A stretch of DNA of 63,950 bases, filler included, from Hyphochytrium catenoides (GCA_900088475.1; 7 parts of 7 records of this genome joined end to end with filler, not necessarily neighbours in it), one strand, 5' to 3'. Positions 1 through 13,539 are shown, counted from the whole stretch's first letter. Numbers and translations: made by a program. Notes: generated from the sequence alone by a model not told the origin.

Positions 1-469
1 TAGTACAGTAGTCACTCTCTATACACACCTAGCTCTCAGGGACATAGACATTACGGGTACACCTGTGTTATGGGAAAGAAGAGGGAGGATGTGAGAAGAA
101 TTTCCAGAAGAACACAGGAGCAGCAGAGGAGAGAGAGATAATGAGGGAAGCCGGGCCGAGCAAAAGATCTCGAGTAGTCCAGACCAGGCTCTCAGGACGG
201 AGTAATCATTCATAGAAATCTCCATCACACATCAATACCAAGTCCCTTTGTTATCATTGCATCTAGATTGTGCTCATACAGAAGCTTCAGGCATTGCCAC
301 CCATCTCTGTAAAAAAATTCATCAATGCCAACGTCGGCGTGCAGAAGTTCAAGCAGGCTTGTTGTCTTACGGGGCTGAGCGTGGTAAGGCTTACGAGTTA
401 GCTTCGCAAGAATGCAGGTCTCACAAAGACAGAGCTGCTGAGAGGCTCTATCAAGGGCTATACCGGAAG

Positions 470-1065
470 CCTGCAGGGCTAGTCTTCAAATATTATATCT
501 GTGGGGTTAAGATGGTTAAGCCGTTTGTGCCACAGGGGTCAGACACTGCTGGCTGATGGCAAAGACCCGCTCACCAGTAAGGATTTCACAGAGACAAGCA
601 AGAAGAACTGGAAGAAGAAAGATCGGAAGACGATCAACAAACTGGTTCCCCTAGTTTCTGATGAGCTCCTGTCGTTGCTGGAAGGGCAAGAATCAGCATA
701 CGCGGGATGGCTCAAACTGCAGGAGCAGATGGGTGGAAAGGAAGGGGACAACGTCCTCAGGCGTCTTCAGGAGATCACCAACTCCAGGTTTGATTCTGGA
801 GGGACCACCTCTCTGAGATCGCACCTAACCACCCTGAAACAGAGGACAGAGGCAAAGAATATCATCTTCGAAAGGAGAAACAAGAAAGAGAACTAGCAGG
901 ACATTTATGAGACAATCCTGATCTGTTCAATTCTCCAACGCCTCCCTCCGTCCTTTGGCTCTATAGTGAGCCATCTGTAGTCCTAGGGACTTCCTCTCAG
1001 GCTGCAAATGAGGTCATCAACCGTATTATGGCTGATGAACAGAGAAGAGTGTCTAGCTCTGTACA
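470..1065 (+). mobile_element. Degraded Ty1/Copia gag (UBN2/Retrotran_gag_2-like) remnant
   Basis: ORF 501-896 (KNWKKKDRKTINKLVPLVSDELLSLLEGQESAYAGWLKLQEQMG...LRSHLTTLK) continues past in-frame TAGs as ILICSILQRLPPSFGSIVSHL and, after a frameshift, NEVINRIMADEQRR. These are typical Copia gag motifs. No pol follows. Confidence 0.75.
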
Positions 1066-1978
1066 CTTTCCAGATACTCTACCCTCTTTATGGACACAAA
1101 TCGTCGAATTTGTAGGACTAAAGGGAAAGGGCCTTTGTGTCGACCACGAGAGCCACAGTGACTGAAGATAGAGCTTTCCGTGGGTAATATTGTCTTGTCT
1201 CCACTAGCCCCCGTGGGATCCTCACGGTAGAATCCATTGGATTGTGCATTTACGGTTGGTTGTGATGGTGTAGATAGATAGAGATACGGCTGAGAGAGAA
1301 GGTGATATACAACATATGGAATTGAGGAAGCAAGGCATTCAAAAACATCGGCGGAGAGGGCAAGGGGGGATTATCTCAAGATACCCAATATTCTGGCGGC
1401 TCCTAAGGTCAGAACGTTTAAGATTGAGTATCGAAATCGCCACCTGATTGTGCAACAATACTCCCTCCGAACTGTGAGGCCAAACAGAACTCAATAATAC
1501 CTGTTTAGTACCGTCGTATAGCGCCGAATATCATATAACACTGCAATAAAGTACCCAATCACGAGAAAATCAGGATTTTGTCGCTGAATTCAGACGGACC
1601 CATTTTTATCTTATCCATGCCCTTTCAATCGGAGCTTGTCCATCAGGTTGGTCGTCAGCTAGTTATAGGATCAATTATTTGCGTCGGTTACTGATTCGCT
1701 GAGAAGCAGATGTCCTGCAATGACTGGGTGCTTTTAGCCTTGATCCCTTTCCTCCTCCTCTACGAGGCCATGTGCGTACACTCTTCTTTCTGACGATCGT
1801 TGGAGGATCGATAGTAGCTGTTGTTGTTTGCCTTTTCAGACTCTCATCGCTGATCTAAGAACCCTCTACCGCAGCTCAAAATACGCGAAAGACTCTGCAA
1901 GGGAAGCCGAAAGGTGCTGCTTTATAGCGATAAATAGGTGCGTCTTTTATAATCATTCTCCTTCCTCTTCCTCTTTGT

Positions 1979-4900
1979 TTATGCTTGGTCGCCATCCTCC
2001 TCGTCCTCTTTTGCATCCTCCTCCTTCTCTTCTTCCAAGGTGTTCCAAACGGACAAAGGAGGCCGATGATTCTCATGGAGAGTCTGAGACATAGAGGAAG
2101 AGCTGCAGCAGGATTCAAGGTCAAACAAACAAGGCGGGAAGGGTTAGAAGAGGTATGCGTCAAAGGAGAGAGCGAGGGAAGGGTAGGCAACTGAGAGAAT
2201 GAACTGGGGCTTGGCTGAGCATTAGGCCAACAAGATAGAGGAGGGTAGGTGTGTACCTGTAGACATTAAAAGCCTCCGGTCGAGGCTGGGTTAGCCGCGC
2301 CTCCATGTGGGCTGAGGTCTCAGCAGCCCTCCGCGCAAGCACATCCTGCCATTCCCAAGAAAGAGAAAGAGAGACCAAGAACAATAGAGACACAGGACAG
2401 GAGAGAAAATAGAGATTTAGTGAAGTCAATGTTAATGCATCGTGCCTGTCTGCTGGTAGTGTAAAGTGACAGCCCTTTGGAGTATGCGAAGGTGAAGACA
2501 AGCGAACCGCAGGAAAAGTCGCTATGAAAGGGAGCCCACAAGCGGGATGGCAAAGGGACAAGGAATGAGCAGTAGAAGACGAGGATAACCTGTGGCTGAT
2601 CAGGCCTCTTTTTGGCTGGCAAAGAGACGCTGATCTGCGTGAGAAAGTCCTGCCAGGTGCTGGTCCGTCGGTCCAGCATACGAGGGGGAGAAAGTGGGCC
2701 TGAGCGCAAAAGAGGAGAAAGCGAAGAGCGAACGAGTGTGAAGGAGAGTAAAAGCGAGAGGGAAGAAGAAGAAAGAGAAAAGAATGGGTCCAGGAGGATA
2801 GCAAAGGGAGGGGATCGAAAAGCGACTGCCGAGAGGCAGATGGCATCTGACAAGAGACACAATAGAGGTGCAGAAACAAGCATGAAAGGTAGAGAAATCA
2901 AGAAAGATCAAGGAAAAGTAAGGGTTGGAACCAGGGAGACTAGGAAGGGTTCCACAATCACCTTCTTCTTTCCCTTCTGCCATTGATTTCTTCCCTGCTT
3001 CCCCTTCCACATCTTTTTCCCCTCCGATTGCGGAACTGTCTTGGGAAGGCGAGACGCCGTTGCTGTCTTCTGCTGTCTCTTTCTCTCCTGCCCTCAGCTT
3101 GAAGTTGTACTTGACGCCTTTCTGCCCGCTCCGAATAAATTCGAACCAGTTCATCAGCAGCTGAGAGAGGTGCAGGAGGTCGTCCTGCTCCACCAGTAGT
3201 TCGTCAGCAGAGAGAGAGACAGAGAGAGTCTGCTGGCCCAGTAACCCTCCTTCTGGGGAGGAGGAGGTAATGGAAAGCTCTTCTGCGTCTCTCTTCTGTC
3301 GCTTTTTGATGTCGTGCCTCTCTTTCCTCTCTGACCCGCCAACAATAGGATTGGTGCTGTTCTCGCTGCTAGCATCTCCCTCCCCGCTTCCGGAGCGAGG
3401 TGTAGAGTTCCACTGCCCGGACTGCAGCGCTGGTGTTGGAGAGACAGACAGTGAGGCAAAGCGGATATCGAGAAACTTCCACGGACCTTTAAAGATGCCC
3501 CAAATGTGCCAGTGGAAGAAAGAAAGAGAGAGAGAGAACAGAATGGCGTCCTCCAGACGGGTGGTCAACAGCTCAGGTATATATAGTAGAGAGATAGAGG
3601 AGGAGGTTGGAAATAAAAAGGCGGCATTGCCAAATGAAGCGAAGTGAAAGAGAGAGAATAGAGCCCGACCTCTTCTGGCTTCTAGCACTTCTTTCCTTCT
3701 CTGAAAGGCCTGCGCCAGCTTCTCCACGAGGTTTTCGTCCAGGAACTTGGAAGTGCGCTTCAGACGCTCCAGAGTGAAGAAATCTTCTTGAGACACGTGC
3801 ATTGTCCGCTTCTCTGTAGGCAGGAGAGAAGAAGGAAAAGGAAGGAGAGCCATGTAAGAGAATGACGACCGAGAGGGAGTGAAACAGAGAGAGAGAGGGG
3901 AGAGGAAGAGATGGAGAGGCACTCCGAGTAAAACCACTCCAGAGGGAAGAGGATCCCAGTGTCTCTTGACTGATCCCTTGGGAAAAACTATCGCTACCTT
4001 CACACACCTCTACTCTCTCTTAGTCCTCGCACACTCTCTCTCTTGAAAGGCCTACGCTCCCTCTCGCCTCCCCTCCCTCTCTCTTGAAAGGCCATCAATT
4101 TCAAAGGCATCCATCTATTACTTCCTGTCCTTCCCTCTCTTCGTTCCCTTGTCTTTCACTCCTCTTCTCTCTTTCTTCTCACCGGAAGCTGCGTCCTGTG
4201 TCTGTTTGGCCCCTGCAAGCCGGACGAGAGGGAGGAGACCCCTCTGCTGCACGAGAGGGGCCGCTGATGCCTCCAACTTGGCCAGCGTCCCGGGGTGAAT
4301 CTTGCGGGCGCTGTCGAGGATCCCGCGGAGGAGTATGAGCTCCTGCTCAGCGTTGTGAAGGGCAAATCGTGCCTGAGGAGACAGAGATTGGAAAGTTGAA
4401 GTGAGGAAAAGTATAGTCGTTGAAGAGGGAGACAGAGATGCAAAAAGGAAGTTAGCTTGAGTTCCATCAAGCTTGAGGAGGTTCCTTAAGAGGGGAAGAA
4501 AGATAAGAGAACATGGGGATCTGAAAGTGAGAGAGAGAGGGGAGATGAAGCTCCAGGCTTGAAGAGTTCAGCATATCATCTCTTAGTTTCAGCCGCACGC
4601 GCTGCCTCACCATCTGCAGCGCTGACTCTTTGCTATCGATCTCTCTCTCTCTCTCTTCGATGCCTCTTCTCGCAATGGCCACAGCCCCCTCTAGGTCCTG
4701 GATCGCCTCTTTATGGCGAGCCAGCGCGTCCTCAAGCTGCAGCGCGTACTGCTTCATCTCATCAAACGCACGGGCCAACTCGGTTTTGGTGTGAAGCGAT
4801 GCGACCTTGCCGTAGAGCGCTTGATGCTAGAGGGTGCGGAGTGAGCATCAGACACGACAGACAGACAAAGAGTGAGCACAGAAAAGGATGAATGGTGTCA

Positions 4901-7900
4901 CAAGTAAGGCAGAAGAGCGATGAGAAGTAGCGTTTTCAAGGTGCGAGGTGCGAGAGGAGTGCAGCTAAATAGTTTATACGGTGGGAAAGAGTGCACCAAT
5001 CGCTTAGACACACACACACAAAGAGCTCAACGATATACACAAAGAGAGAGGAAGCAGACGCATAGACCTGCAGACAGAGCAAAATAACGATAGGGAAGTG
5101 AGAGGGAAAGTAGAGACAGATGATGGCCGAGCAGAGAGAGGAGGGAGAGAGAGAGAGAGAAGAGAAAGAGAGAGAGAGAGAAAGAAAAGAGAGAGAGAGA
5201 GAGAGAAAAGAGAGAGAGAGAGAGAGAGAGAGAAGAGAGAGCTCTTACCTTCCACGATGTGAAGACGCTATTGAGTAGCCGCTGCGTCCTTCTCCTTCTT
5301 AGCGCTCTGGTGATGGCATCCCTGAACCTTCTTTTATTCTTTCGGTTCCGAGCATAGTCGCGCCACAGCCGCAGGGGCCGCGAGCGCACCTACAGGGCAA
5401 AGGAGATGATTCTTAGTGAAAAGGATAAACAACAGTGGGCGAGAAGAAGAGAGATAAAGTGTGAGACACAGGAAATGAAGGGGAGAAGAGGCCCTTAAGG
5501 GAGACTCTGTCCTGTTGATGGTAAAGAGGGATCTGTCCCGATATCTAGCGGTAAAGCAAGGAGGAACGCTCTCTCGCGATAATGCCAGATAACTTAAGGT
5601 AGGGGAGAGGGAGAGAGCCAGAAGTACAGAGAGAGAGAGAAGCCTGCTCGAGGTCGAGTCAAGAATGGGGAGGGATGAGAAGTCAATCACAAAGAGAGCT
5701 CAAGATCTTGTCTCGCACCTGGACGCAGTACTCTCTCCATTCCCTAAGATAATATTCCCGCGTCGTCTTGGCCGTGGTGCAGTGCTCTCGCCAACTGCGC
5801 ACAATGGCGCGTGCTTGCGAGTTCATCAGACGGGAAAACTTGGTGCGCACTTGCCTTTCAATGTGCGTATATTGTCGCCAAGCGGCGAGATGTTGCTGCA
5901 GAGCGTGAGAGAGGACAAAAGAGGAGCGAACATTTTCAGTGAGAGAGAGCCAGAGCGCGAGAGAGGAACGAGACAAAAGGGAAGGGGAGAGAGTGGGGGA
6001 GAGACGGACAGAGAGAGAGAGGTCGGGAGAGACTAAGCAAGGGCTAACTTGAAGGCTGAAGAAGTAATGAAAGAGAGAGCTAAGTGTAGGGAGGAGAGAG
6101 AAAAGCATGATGGAAATGCCGGCCTCGCCTCCTGACGCGTAAAATGGAGGAAGAGAGGAAGAAAGAGAGAGAGAGAGGAGACAGGAGAAGGAGAGAGATT
6201 TAAGAGCAAGCACCTTGAGCGACTTCATCCTATGGAACTCTACGGCTACTCGTGGATTATACGCGGGTTCGGGCAGTTGAGGTCGTTGCCAAATCTTCCT
6301 CTCCATGGTCTCCTCCCCCTTCTGTCTCTGAGTGTAGAGACGCCACCCAGAGAGAGACAGACGGAGCAGCTTTCGACGGTAAAAGGTACGCGCCTTGAGA
6401 GTCTAGGGAGACAAAGAGAGAGAGAGAAAGAGGAATGGAGAGAGGAGAGAGAGGAATGTGTATGGAGGAATATAGAGCATGGAGGGAAAGGGCAAGAACC
6501 GTCAGACAAGAAAGTGATTTAGTGTGGGCGGTTCTCTCTCTCCTAGGTCTTCAAACTGATGGTTGCCTTTGCTTCGGCACTCTCCTTCTGTTGCTGTCTC
6601 TTTTTCTCTCTCTCTCTCTTAATCGCTGACATAAAGGAACCTTGCCTGTATGTCCTTCTGTTGCTTTCAAAAATTCTCTGTCTCTCCTTCTGACCTTCCC
6701 TTTCGTTTCCTTTTTAATTTCTCTCTGTTCAGTCAATCTCTCTCTCTTACCTTGTCATGTTGCGGATAGGAGTACTGCTCAGCCCAGGTGTAGAAGGTCC
6801 AGCGGAGGAGAAGCTTGCAGTGTCTCTCTCTCACTCTCTCCACAGCCTCGCGGTGTAGCTCCGTCCGGATCAACTTGTTGGTCAGCGTCCATTCTACACC
6901 CGGACCGCGGCTCTCCTGCAGCTGATGCTGAGGAATGAGGGAGAGAGATAGAGATAGAGAGAGATAGATAGATAGAGATAGAGATAGAGAGAAGAGATAG
7001 AGAGGTAGGAAGAGGAAGAGCGAAAAAGAATGGGAATCGGGACGGAAATTGACGTGAGAGAGAGACAGAAATAAAAAGATGAGGGAAAGGGGAAAAGAGT
7101 AAGAGAGAGAAGCGAGTGACGAGAGGGCAGAGACGACAGAACCGAAGAAGGAACGGAAGAAGACCGAGAGGAACAACACAAAGAGCAGAGGNNNNNNNNN
7201 NNNNNNNNNNNNNNNNNNNNNNNNNNNNNNNNNNNNNNNNNNNNNNNNNNNNNNNNNNNNNNNNNNNNNNNNNNNNNNNNNNNNNNNNNNNNNNNNNNNN
7301 NNNNNNNNNNNNNNNNNNNNNNNNNNNNNNNNNNNNNNNNNNNNNNNNNNNNNNNNNNNNNNNNNNNNNNNNNNNNNNNNNNNNNNNNNNNNNNNNNNNN
7401 NNNNNNNNNNNNNNNNNNNNNNNNNNNNNNNNNNNNNNNNNNNNNNNNNNNNNNNNNNNNNNNNNNNNNNNNNNNNNNNNNNNNNNNNNNNNNNNNNNNN
7501 NNNNNNNNNNNNNNNNNNNNCGAAGAAGAGACGGAAGAAGACCGAGAGGAACAACACAAAGAGCAGAGGGAAGAGAGACCGGAGAATAGAGAAGCGAAAG
7601 AGAAAACCAGGAGGAGAAAAGAGAGACCAAGGGAGAGAGAGGAGACGAGGTTTATCTTGATACAGGAGACTATTTCTACCTCCACTTGCTCTCTGATCTT
7701 CTCTCTTCTCTCTNNNNNNNNNNNNNNNNNNNNNNNNNNNNNNNNNNNNNNNNNGAAAGAGACAGAGAGAGAGAAATGACAGGTTAGGCAAAAGAAAGTT
7801 GGAAAGCGAGAAGACACAATCACCAAGGACCAAAAAGGGTGAGGCAGGAATATAAGGAGACGCAGAGCCTCAGATGGGAAGATGCGGAAAGGAAAGAGAG

Positions 7901-10369
7901 TGGCAAGCGAAAACGCGCGCGCGCGAGAGAGAGAGCTCGTGGAAGAGAGAAAAAAGGAAGTGAACTACATAGAATTATATATGCGCAGTAGCCTCGGAGC
8001 TTACTTTCCAAAATTTCTCTCTTTTCTGAGCAGCAAACGCGGAGGCTTTGCCGGCTTTCTTCTTTCTCTCCTCGCCATGCTCTGCCGCGGCCTTCGTTAG
8101 CGCAGAGATGACCAGACGCCGCATTCTCTCTTCTCTTTTCTTTGCGAGCGAGAGAATGGATCTTTCTATCCTCTCTCCCCTTTCGGCAAAGTTTTTGACG
8201 GCGGAGAGAAGAGAGGGAGAGAGAAAGCGGTACCAGGCTCGGAGCCCTTGCTGGAGGGCGAGATACTTCCGGCGAGCGCGATATCTTGGAACGGGAAAGG
8301 GAAAGAAGAGAGAGGGAGCAAAGTGAGAGAGAGAGATGTTAGAAAAGCGGAGAGTGGAAGAGAGAGAGAAAGGAAGAGAGAGAGAAAGAGAGAGAATAGG
8401 GTTAAACTCCAGCAGGAAGCTAGTGGCATTGACAGGAGATATATGGACAGATTGTGGAGAAAGAGTGAGAGAAATGTCACTAGACTAGACTCAAAGGAAA
8501 GAGGAGAGGATAAGGCCAGAGGAGCAAAGAGATCATGACGAGAGAGAGAGACAGAGAAAGAAAAAGGCAAAGAGATAGTGAGAAGGGAAAGAGAGAGAGC
8601 AAAGAGTCAAAAGACAGAACTAGTGCAAGTGCAAAAGAGCGAGTGTGAGTGTGTGTGTGTGAGAAAGAGAGAGTGTGTGTGAGAGAGAGAGAGAGTGAGA
8701 GCGAGAGAGAGAGAGACCTTCTGTAGATGCTGCCTATCTTGGTGGCGGCGGTATGGTACTGGAGAGAATGGTCAAGACCGTGCTTTTTGAAGAGTTTCTC
8801 CAAGTCTCTCACGGAGCTTTGTACAGTTCGCAGCGCGCGGCCCACCGCCTGAGATTGAGAGAGAGAAGAGAGAACTTCCGAAGAGAGAGAAGATGACGGA
8901 GCTAAGAGAGACAGACGGATAAGAAGAGAGAAAGAGATCGAAAGAGACAGTGAACGAAGAGATGGGAGTGTCCGTGAGACACAATAATGGAGATGGTTAG
9001 AGAAAGATATAGAGACTAATGAAGGGAAGACCACAGGCGAGACCGACAAGAGAGAGAAAGAGAGAAAATTGCGGTTTGAAGAGAGAGAGAAGGAAAATGA
9101 GAGAACAAAGGGTCTTATAATTAGGCGAAATGGCGGCTTTTTGAAGGGAAGATGTGGATGGCGAGAGAACGAGAGTGAAAGGAGAGGAGAGCGAGAAAGA
9201 GCTGGACAAGAGAGAAGAGAATGAGGTGAGAGCATCATTGGATGCAGAGAACAACAGAGAGCGAAAGAGAGAGAGAGAGAGAGAGCGAGAGAGAGCCACC
9301 CTCCTACCGTGTCTCTTCATTTTTCTGACAGACTCTAGCTTCTCTTCTGCTGCCTGAAGGCGGGAAGAGAGCATTGTACAGAGAGAGACGAGAGCCGCAA
9401 CCTCATTCTCTTCTGCTTCCCTTCTCCTTTCCTCTTCCTCTCTCTCTCCACTCTGTCAGGCAGGAAAGGTAGAGAGCGTAAGAAGACAGACAAGGAGAGA
9501 AGCACCAGACTGAAAGAGAGAAGAGGAGATGCATCTTTCAGACGATGACAGGGAGGGAGAAAGAGGGCAGAGAAAAGGCAAAACGACAGAAGAGAGGGCA
9601 AGAGCGAGAGAGAAAGACATCGAAGACATAGGCTGGGTGAGAAGGGATCTAATAGACGCGGGAATAGAGAGAGAGAGAGAGAGAGAACAGGCTGAGTGGG
9701 AACAGGAACAACCTTGAAAGAGACAGGAAAGAGAAGCCAAAGAGAGAAGAGAGAACGATCGCGACAGAGTCAAGGTAGCAGTTAGACTTGCATCCTGTGA
9801 AGATCCGTGAGAAGATGTCGTGGGCGCTCCCGCGCGAGAGAAAGAGACCTCGGAGGTCGCTGTCAACACTCTTTCTCCCTTTCTCTTCGTCTCCGGAGAG
9901 GCGCCATTCTCCTTCCATCCTAAGGTAACAGAAGAGGCAAATAAGTCGGAGTCGGAGGAGCGGGAGAGAGAAAAGAGAGAGAGAGACGTGACGGTTCACC
10001 GAGAGAGGAAGAGAGAAACAATGTCAACAAGAGAAAGTGTGAGACAATGGGAGAATGAGATGAGGGAAGTGCGCAGGGTAGGAGAGACAGTTGAGAGAGA
10101 ACGGGGTGGCTGTTTCCCAAAGCAGCAGGTAGAGAGCGAGAGCGTTCAGAGAATAAAAGAGTGAGGAAAGGTGATAGGAGCGGAGAGAGAGAGAGATAGG
10201 GGCAGACAGACACACAGAGAGAGAGAGAGAGAGAGAGGCGTTTTCGAAGACTCACGTGTACTTTCCCCTTCTTGAGGAGCGTCCCCCACTGCTAAACGCA
10301 GCCTAGACGTACACCGAGAGACAGAAAGTTGATTAAAGGGACAAGAAGAAGAAGAAAGAGAAGAAGGAA

Positions 10370-10410
<41 letters not shown>

Positions 10411-11326
10411 AGGAAGTACATAACGTTATTAAAAGGCGGTAGAGGAGGCCCAAGTGCACACACCAATAGACAAGAAGTGCGGAGAATAGAAATTTAGAGG
10501 GCTCTCTCTCTCTCTCTCCCCCTCTCTCTCCCTCCTTTTTTCTCTGCTTTCCCGCTGCTCATAAACTCCGTATCTATGTCAATGACTCTCCCAGGCTCGG
10601 CTGTTCCCAGATCTCGCATTTCTCTCTCTTTCTTACTTGTTTACTTTGCTGGAGAGAGAGGTTGTCTCCTCTCCTGACAGAAGTTCTCTTCCATTTTCTC
10701 CTGGTCCGGCTAAGAGGTCGGGGATGGGAGAGCGATAGAGTGGGCGGGGCCGAGCGAGGAAAAATGACAGAGCGAAAGAGAGGAAAAGAACGGAAAGAGC
10801 ATATTTGGGAGCATGAGAGAGAGAAAACGAGAGAGAAAGAGAGAGAGAAAGAGAAAGCGAGAGAGAGCGTGGAGTATGAGTTAAGATATCTTTTCAATCC
10901 CTAGAGGACATGGACAAGGGGGGAGAAGAGAAAACGCGGGCCAACAAAGAAGAAAGAGAGGTGGATAATGCTAGAACGAAGCAATGACGGGGAGGAAGAG
11001 AGAAGAGAAAGAGGATCAAGAGAGAGAGAGCGAGCGAGAGAGAGAGATTAAGACGTGAGGAGGTTGAAAGGGAAAGAATGGGACGAAAGAGAGACAGTCC
11101 CAGATAAGAGAGGCAGAGAGAGAGAGTGTGTTAAGCTTGCCTCCCGTGCTATTACCTGAATGGGCATGGTAGGGAGAGGAGGGAGAGAGAGAGGAAGAGG
11201 CTGGAGAGAGAACTTTTCGATGCAGAATGATCTCTTCTATGGATCGCTCGACAGGAGAAGGGCGAGAGAGACGCTGAGGAGCCGAGGGGCGGATGGTCTT
11301 CTTCAAAGCACCGGAACTGAGGGAAG
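1979..11326 (-). CDS. Large multi-exon coiled-coil protein with an IQ-like motif and Sfi1-like W-containing repeats (putative centrin/calmodulin-binding, basal-body type); 5' end unresolved
   Basis: Phase-consistent GT-AG exon chain, with one link passing through N gaps at about 7200-7750. It includes HTAATKIGSIYR|RYRARRKYLALQQGLRAWYRF (IQ-like), LLLRWTFYTW, QHLAAWRQY...AIVRSWREH...LREWREY, PLRLWRDY...LLNSVFTSWK|HQALYGK...LARAFDEMKQY, and ends DEEDGDQA* (TAA at 1979-1981). Confidence 0.65.
7143..7569. repeat. About 49-nt direct repeat on both sides of a ~330-N gap (probable collapsed intronic minisatellite)
   Basis: cgaagaag(ga/ag)acggaagaagaccgagaggaacaacacaaagagcagagg at 7143-7191 and 7521-7569. 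Confidence 0.8.
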
Positions 11327-11798
11327 CTGTGGGACGGAAAGAGAGAGAGCGAAGAAAGAGAGAGAGAGAGAGAGAGAGAGAAGAGAGAGAAGAAGAATGA
11401 GAGAGTGAGCCATTCGAACGGGAAGAGAGAGAGTGCAAAAGTCAGAGAAAGTGAAAAAGAGAGAGAGAGCACATGGAAGGGGGTTTTAAAGAGAGAAGAA
11501 CTGCATGAGAGAGAAAGAGCCACGGACCAAGAGAGAGAGGAAGTGCCATGACAGCGAGAGAGATAGACAAAGAGAGGGAGATAGAGAGAGAGAGTGTGAG
11601 AGAGAGAGAGTGAGAGACGCTGTCATAACTAGCGAAGTTTGAGAGAGACTTGAGCGAAATAGTCCGCAGGCTATAAACAGAGAGAGAGAAGAGAGAGAGA
11701 TGCAGATGTGAAAGAGAAGCTAAATGAGAGGCGGACAAGTTGAAAAGGCGAGAGAGGAGGCAGGTCTTCTTGTTCCCTCTCTCTTTCGACGGCTTCTC

Positions 11799-11841
<43 letters not shown>

Positions 11842-12500
11842 CCCCCTCCCGCTTCTGGATGGTGTGTACCTGTGGTGGTGATAGGCCGAACGTGCTCATC
11901 CTCTTTTCGTCCCGAAGGGGACTTCAGAGGGAGACCTGGCATTCCTCGTCGCCTTACCCTTCTCTCTTTATCTCTCTCTCTCTTTGCCTCTCTCTCTCCC
12001 TCCCTGTTGTCTCGCGTTCTCTCTTTCTTACTCCCTCACTGTTCAACTCTCTCTCTCTGCGTCCGCATGTTCAACTCTCTGTGACTCTCATAGGCAACAT
12101 AGATCACTGAGAGAATTGTCTCTTCCTCCTCCTGCCTGGGCGTTTTGGCTCTGTCTGTGCGTCTTACGGTCGATGCACCTAACTCACAACTCTCTCTCTC
12201 TCTCTCTCTCTCTTTTCTGACTTTCTCAGTCCCTCTTTATTGCTGCTTCCCTTCTCTATCCTCTCTCTCGCGGTGTGTCCCCCGAATCTATTATTACGAT
12301 CTTCCCGATTTCAACATCTTTCCGCGCTCGCGAAGAAAGAATCTGTTTCTCTTCGGTCTCTTTCTTCCCCTCCAATCTCCTCACGGGATCTAAAGTCGAA
12401 GCGACATTTGCTCTGTCTGAGGCTCCGGAAACACGGTAGGAAGAGCAACGAAAGAGAGAAAGGGGAGAGAAAGGGTTTAAAGTTGCGTGTGTGAGGAGAC

Positions 12501-12520
12501 AGAGAGAGAGCGAGCGAGCG

Positions 12521-12551
<31 letters not shown>

Positions 12552-12564
12552 GAGAGCGAGAGAG

Positions 12565-12618
<54 letters not shown>
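12501..12618. repeat. Long imperfect (GA)n microsatellite, representative of very many GA/CT tracts in the window
   Basis: About 120 nt of near-pure GA dinucleotide. Confidence 0.95.
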
Positions 12619-12621
<3 letters not shown>

Positions 12622-13302
12622 GCCAAGGGTAACGAGAGAAGAGTGGCGTTACACGCCCATAGAGCCGCTAACGGCTACAATTAAGGCCTACCAGTACAAG
12701 CCAAACATCGTCGAACATGTACGACGCACAAGAAGGGCAGATGACAGACGGAGCTTGGCAGACGGACGCACACACGGAAAATATGATCTTATTTAGTGTA
12801 TTAAAACGTTTAGGTGAGTGCAGCTGTGAGTGCTCTTAGTGTCCGTCACGCTGGCTTCGACTGCACACATAAGATGCTGACCGAGATTGAGGCTCGCGTC
12901 CAAGTGAAGAAGAGAGGGAGAGAGGGAGAGAGAGAGAGAGAGAGAGAGAGAAAGAAAGAACTGACAGGTGACTTCCTTATCCTTCTCGGCACAGTGTCCC
13001 ACTCTCTTTATCCTGCAAGCGCAGTGCCATTCCCTCTCTGTAGCTTCTCTCTTCCTCGTCTCTCACTTCAACAATGAATTCACAGCTTGCTATAACTGAA
13101 GGAGAAGACTCTAAAGTATGAAAAGAGAGAGAAGAAGGATTGAGGAGAGACAGGGAGAGAGAGAAGAAGCGCATTGAATAGAAGCAAGGGACAAGTCAGG
13201 GAACCAGCCGGATGGCCGAGAGTTGAGAGAACGCCAGCGCCCTTCTGTTCGACTTCGTCTTTGGATGCAAGTAATTGTCTCAAAGAGGCATGAAGGGAGA
13301 CG

Positions 13303-13336
<34 letters not shown>

Positions 13337-13505
13337 AGAGAGCAACTAGAGGAGAGAGAAGGGATTGAATGCAATTAATCAAAGCTATGGATAGAGTCTA
13401 ACCTATAAGAATTTGCCAGAGTTAGGAGCAAGGTACGTGAACGAGAGCAAAGGAAAGAGATTAGCCTAAAGAATAAAAAGTACTAGCGAACTAGAAGGAG
13501 AGGAG

Positions 13506-13539
<34 letters not shown>

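Noticed and set aside
894-986. Alternative genetic code (TAG/TAA = Gln)
   Set aside because: Host genes end at TAG/TAA (CEPT, peroxidase, NF-YA) and long conserved exons contain no in-frame TAG/TAA; read-through stops appear only in dead elements.
90-1270. LTR boundaries around the first Copia remnant (TGTGA at 90, CCATCACA ending 229, TGTGATGG at 1261)
   Set aside because: Short terminal matches only; no paired LTR or PBS could be verified.
2600-4003. 467-aa ORF as a stand-alone single-exon gene
   Set aside because: Better explained as internal exons plus stop-free introns of the larger minus-strand gene ending at 1979.
7143-7569. CRISPR-like direct repeats
   Set aside because: Two copies flanking a gap in a eukaryotic intron; no spacers and no cas genes.
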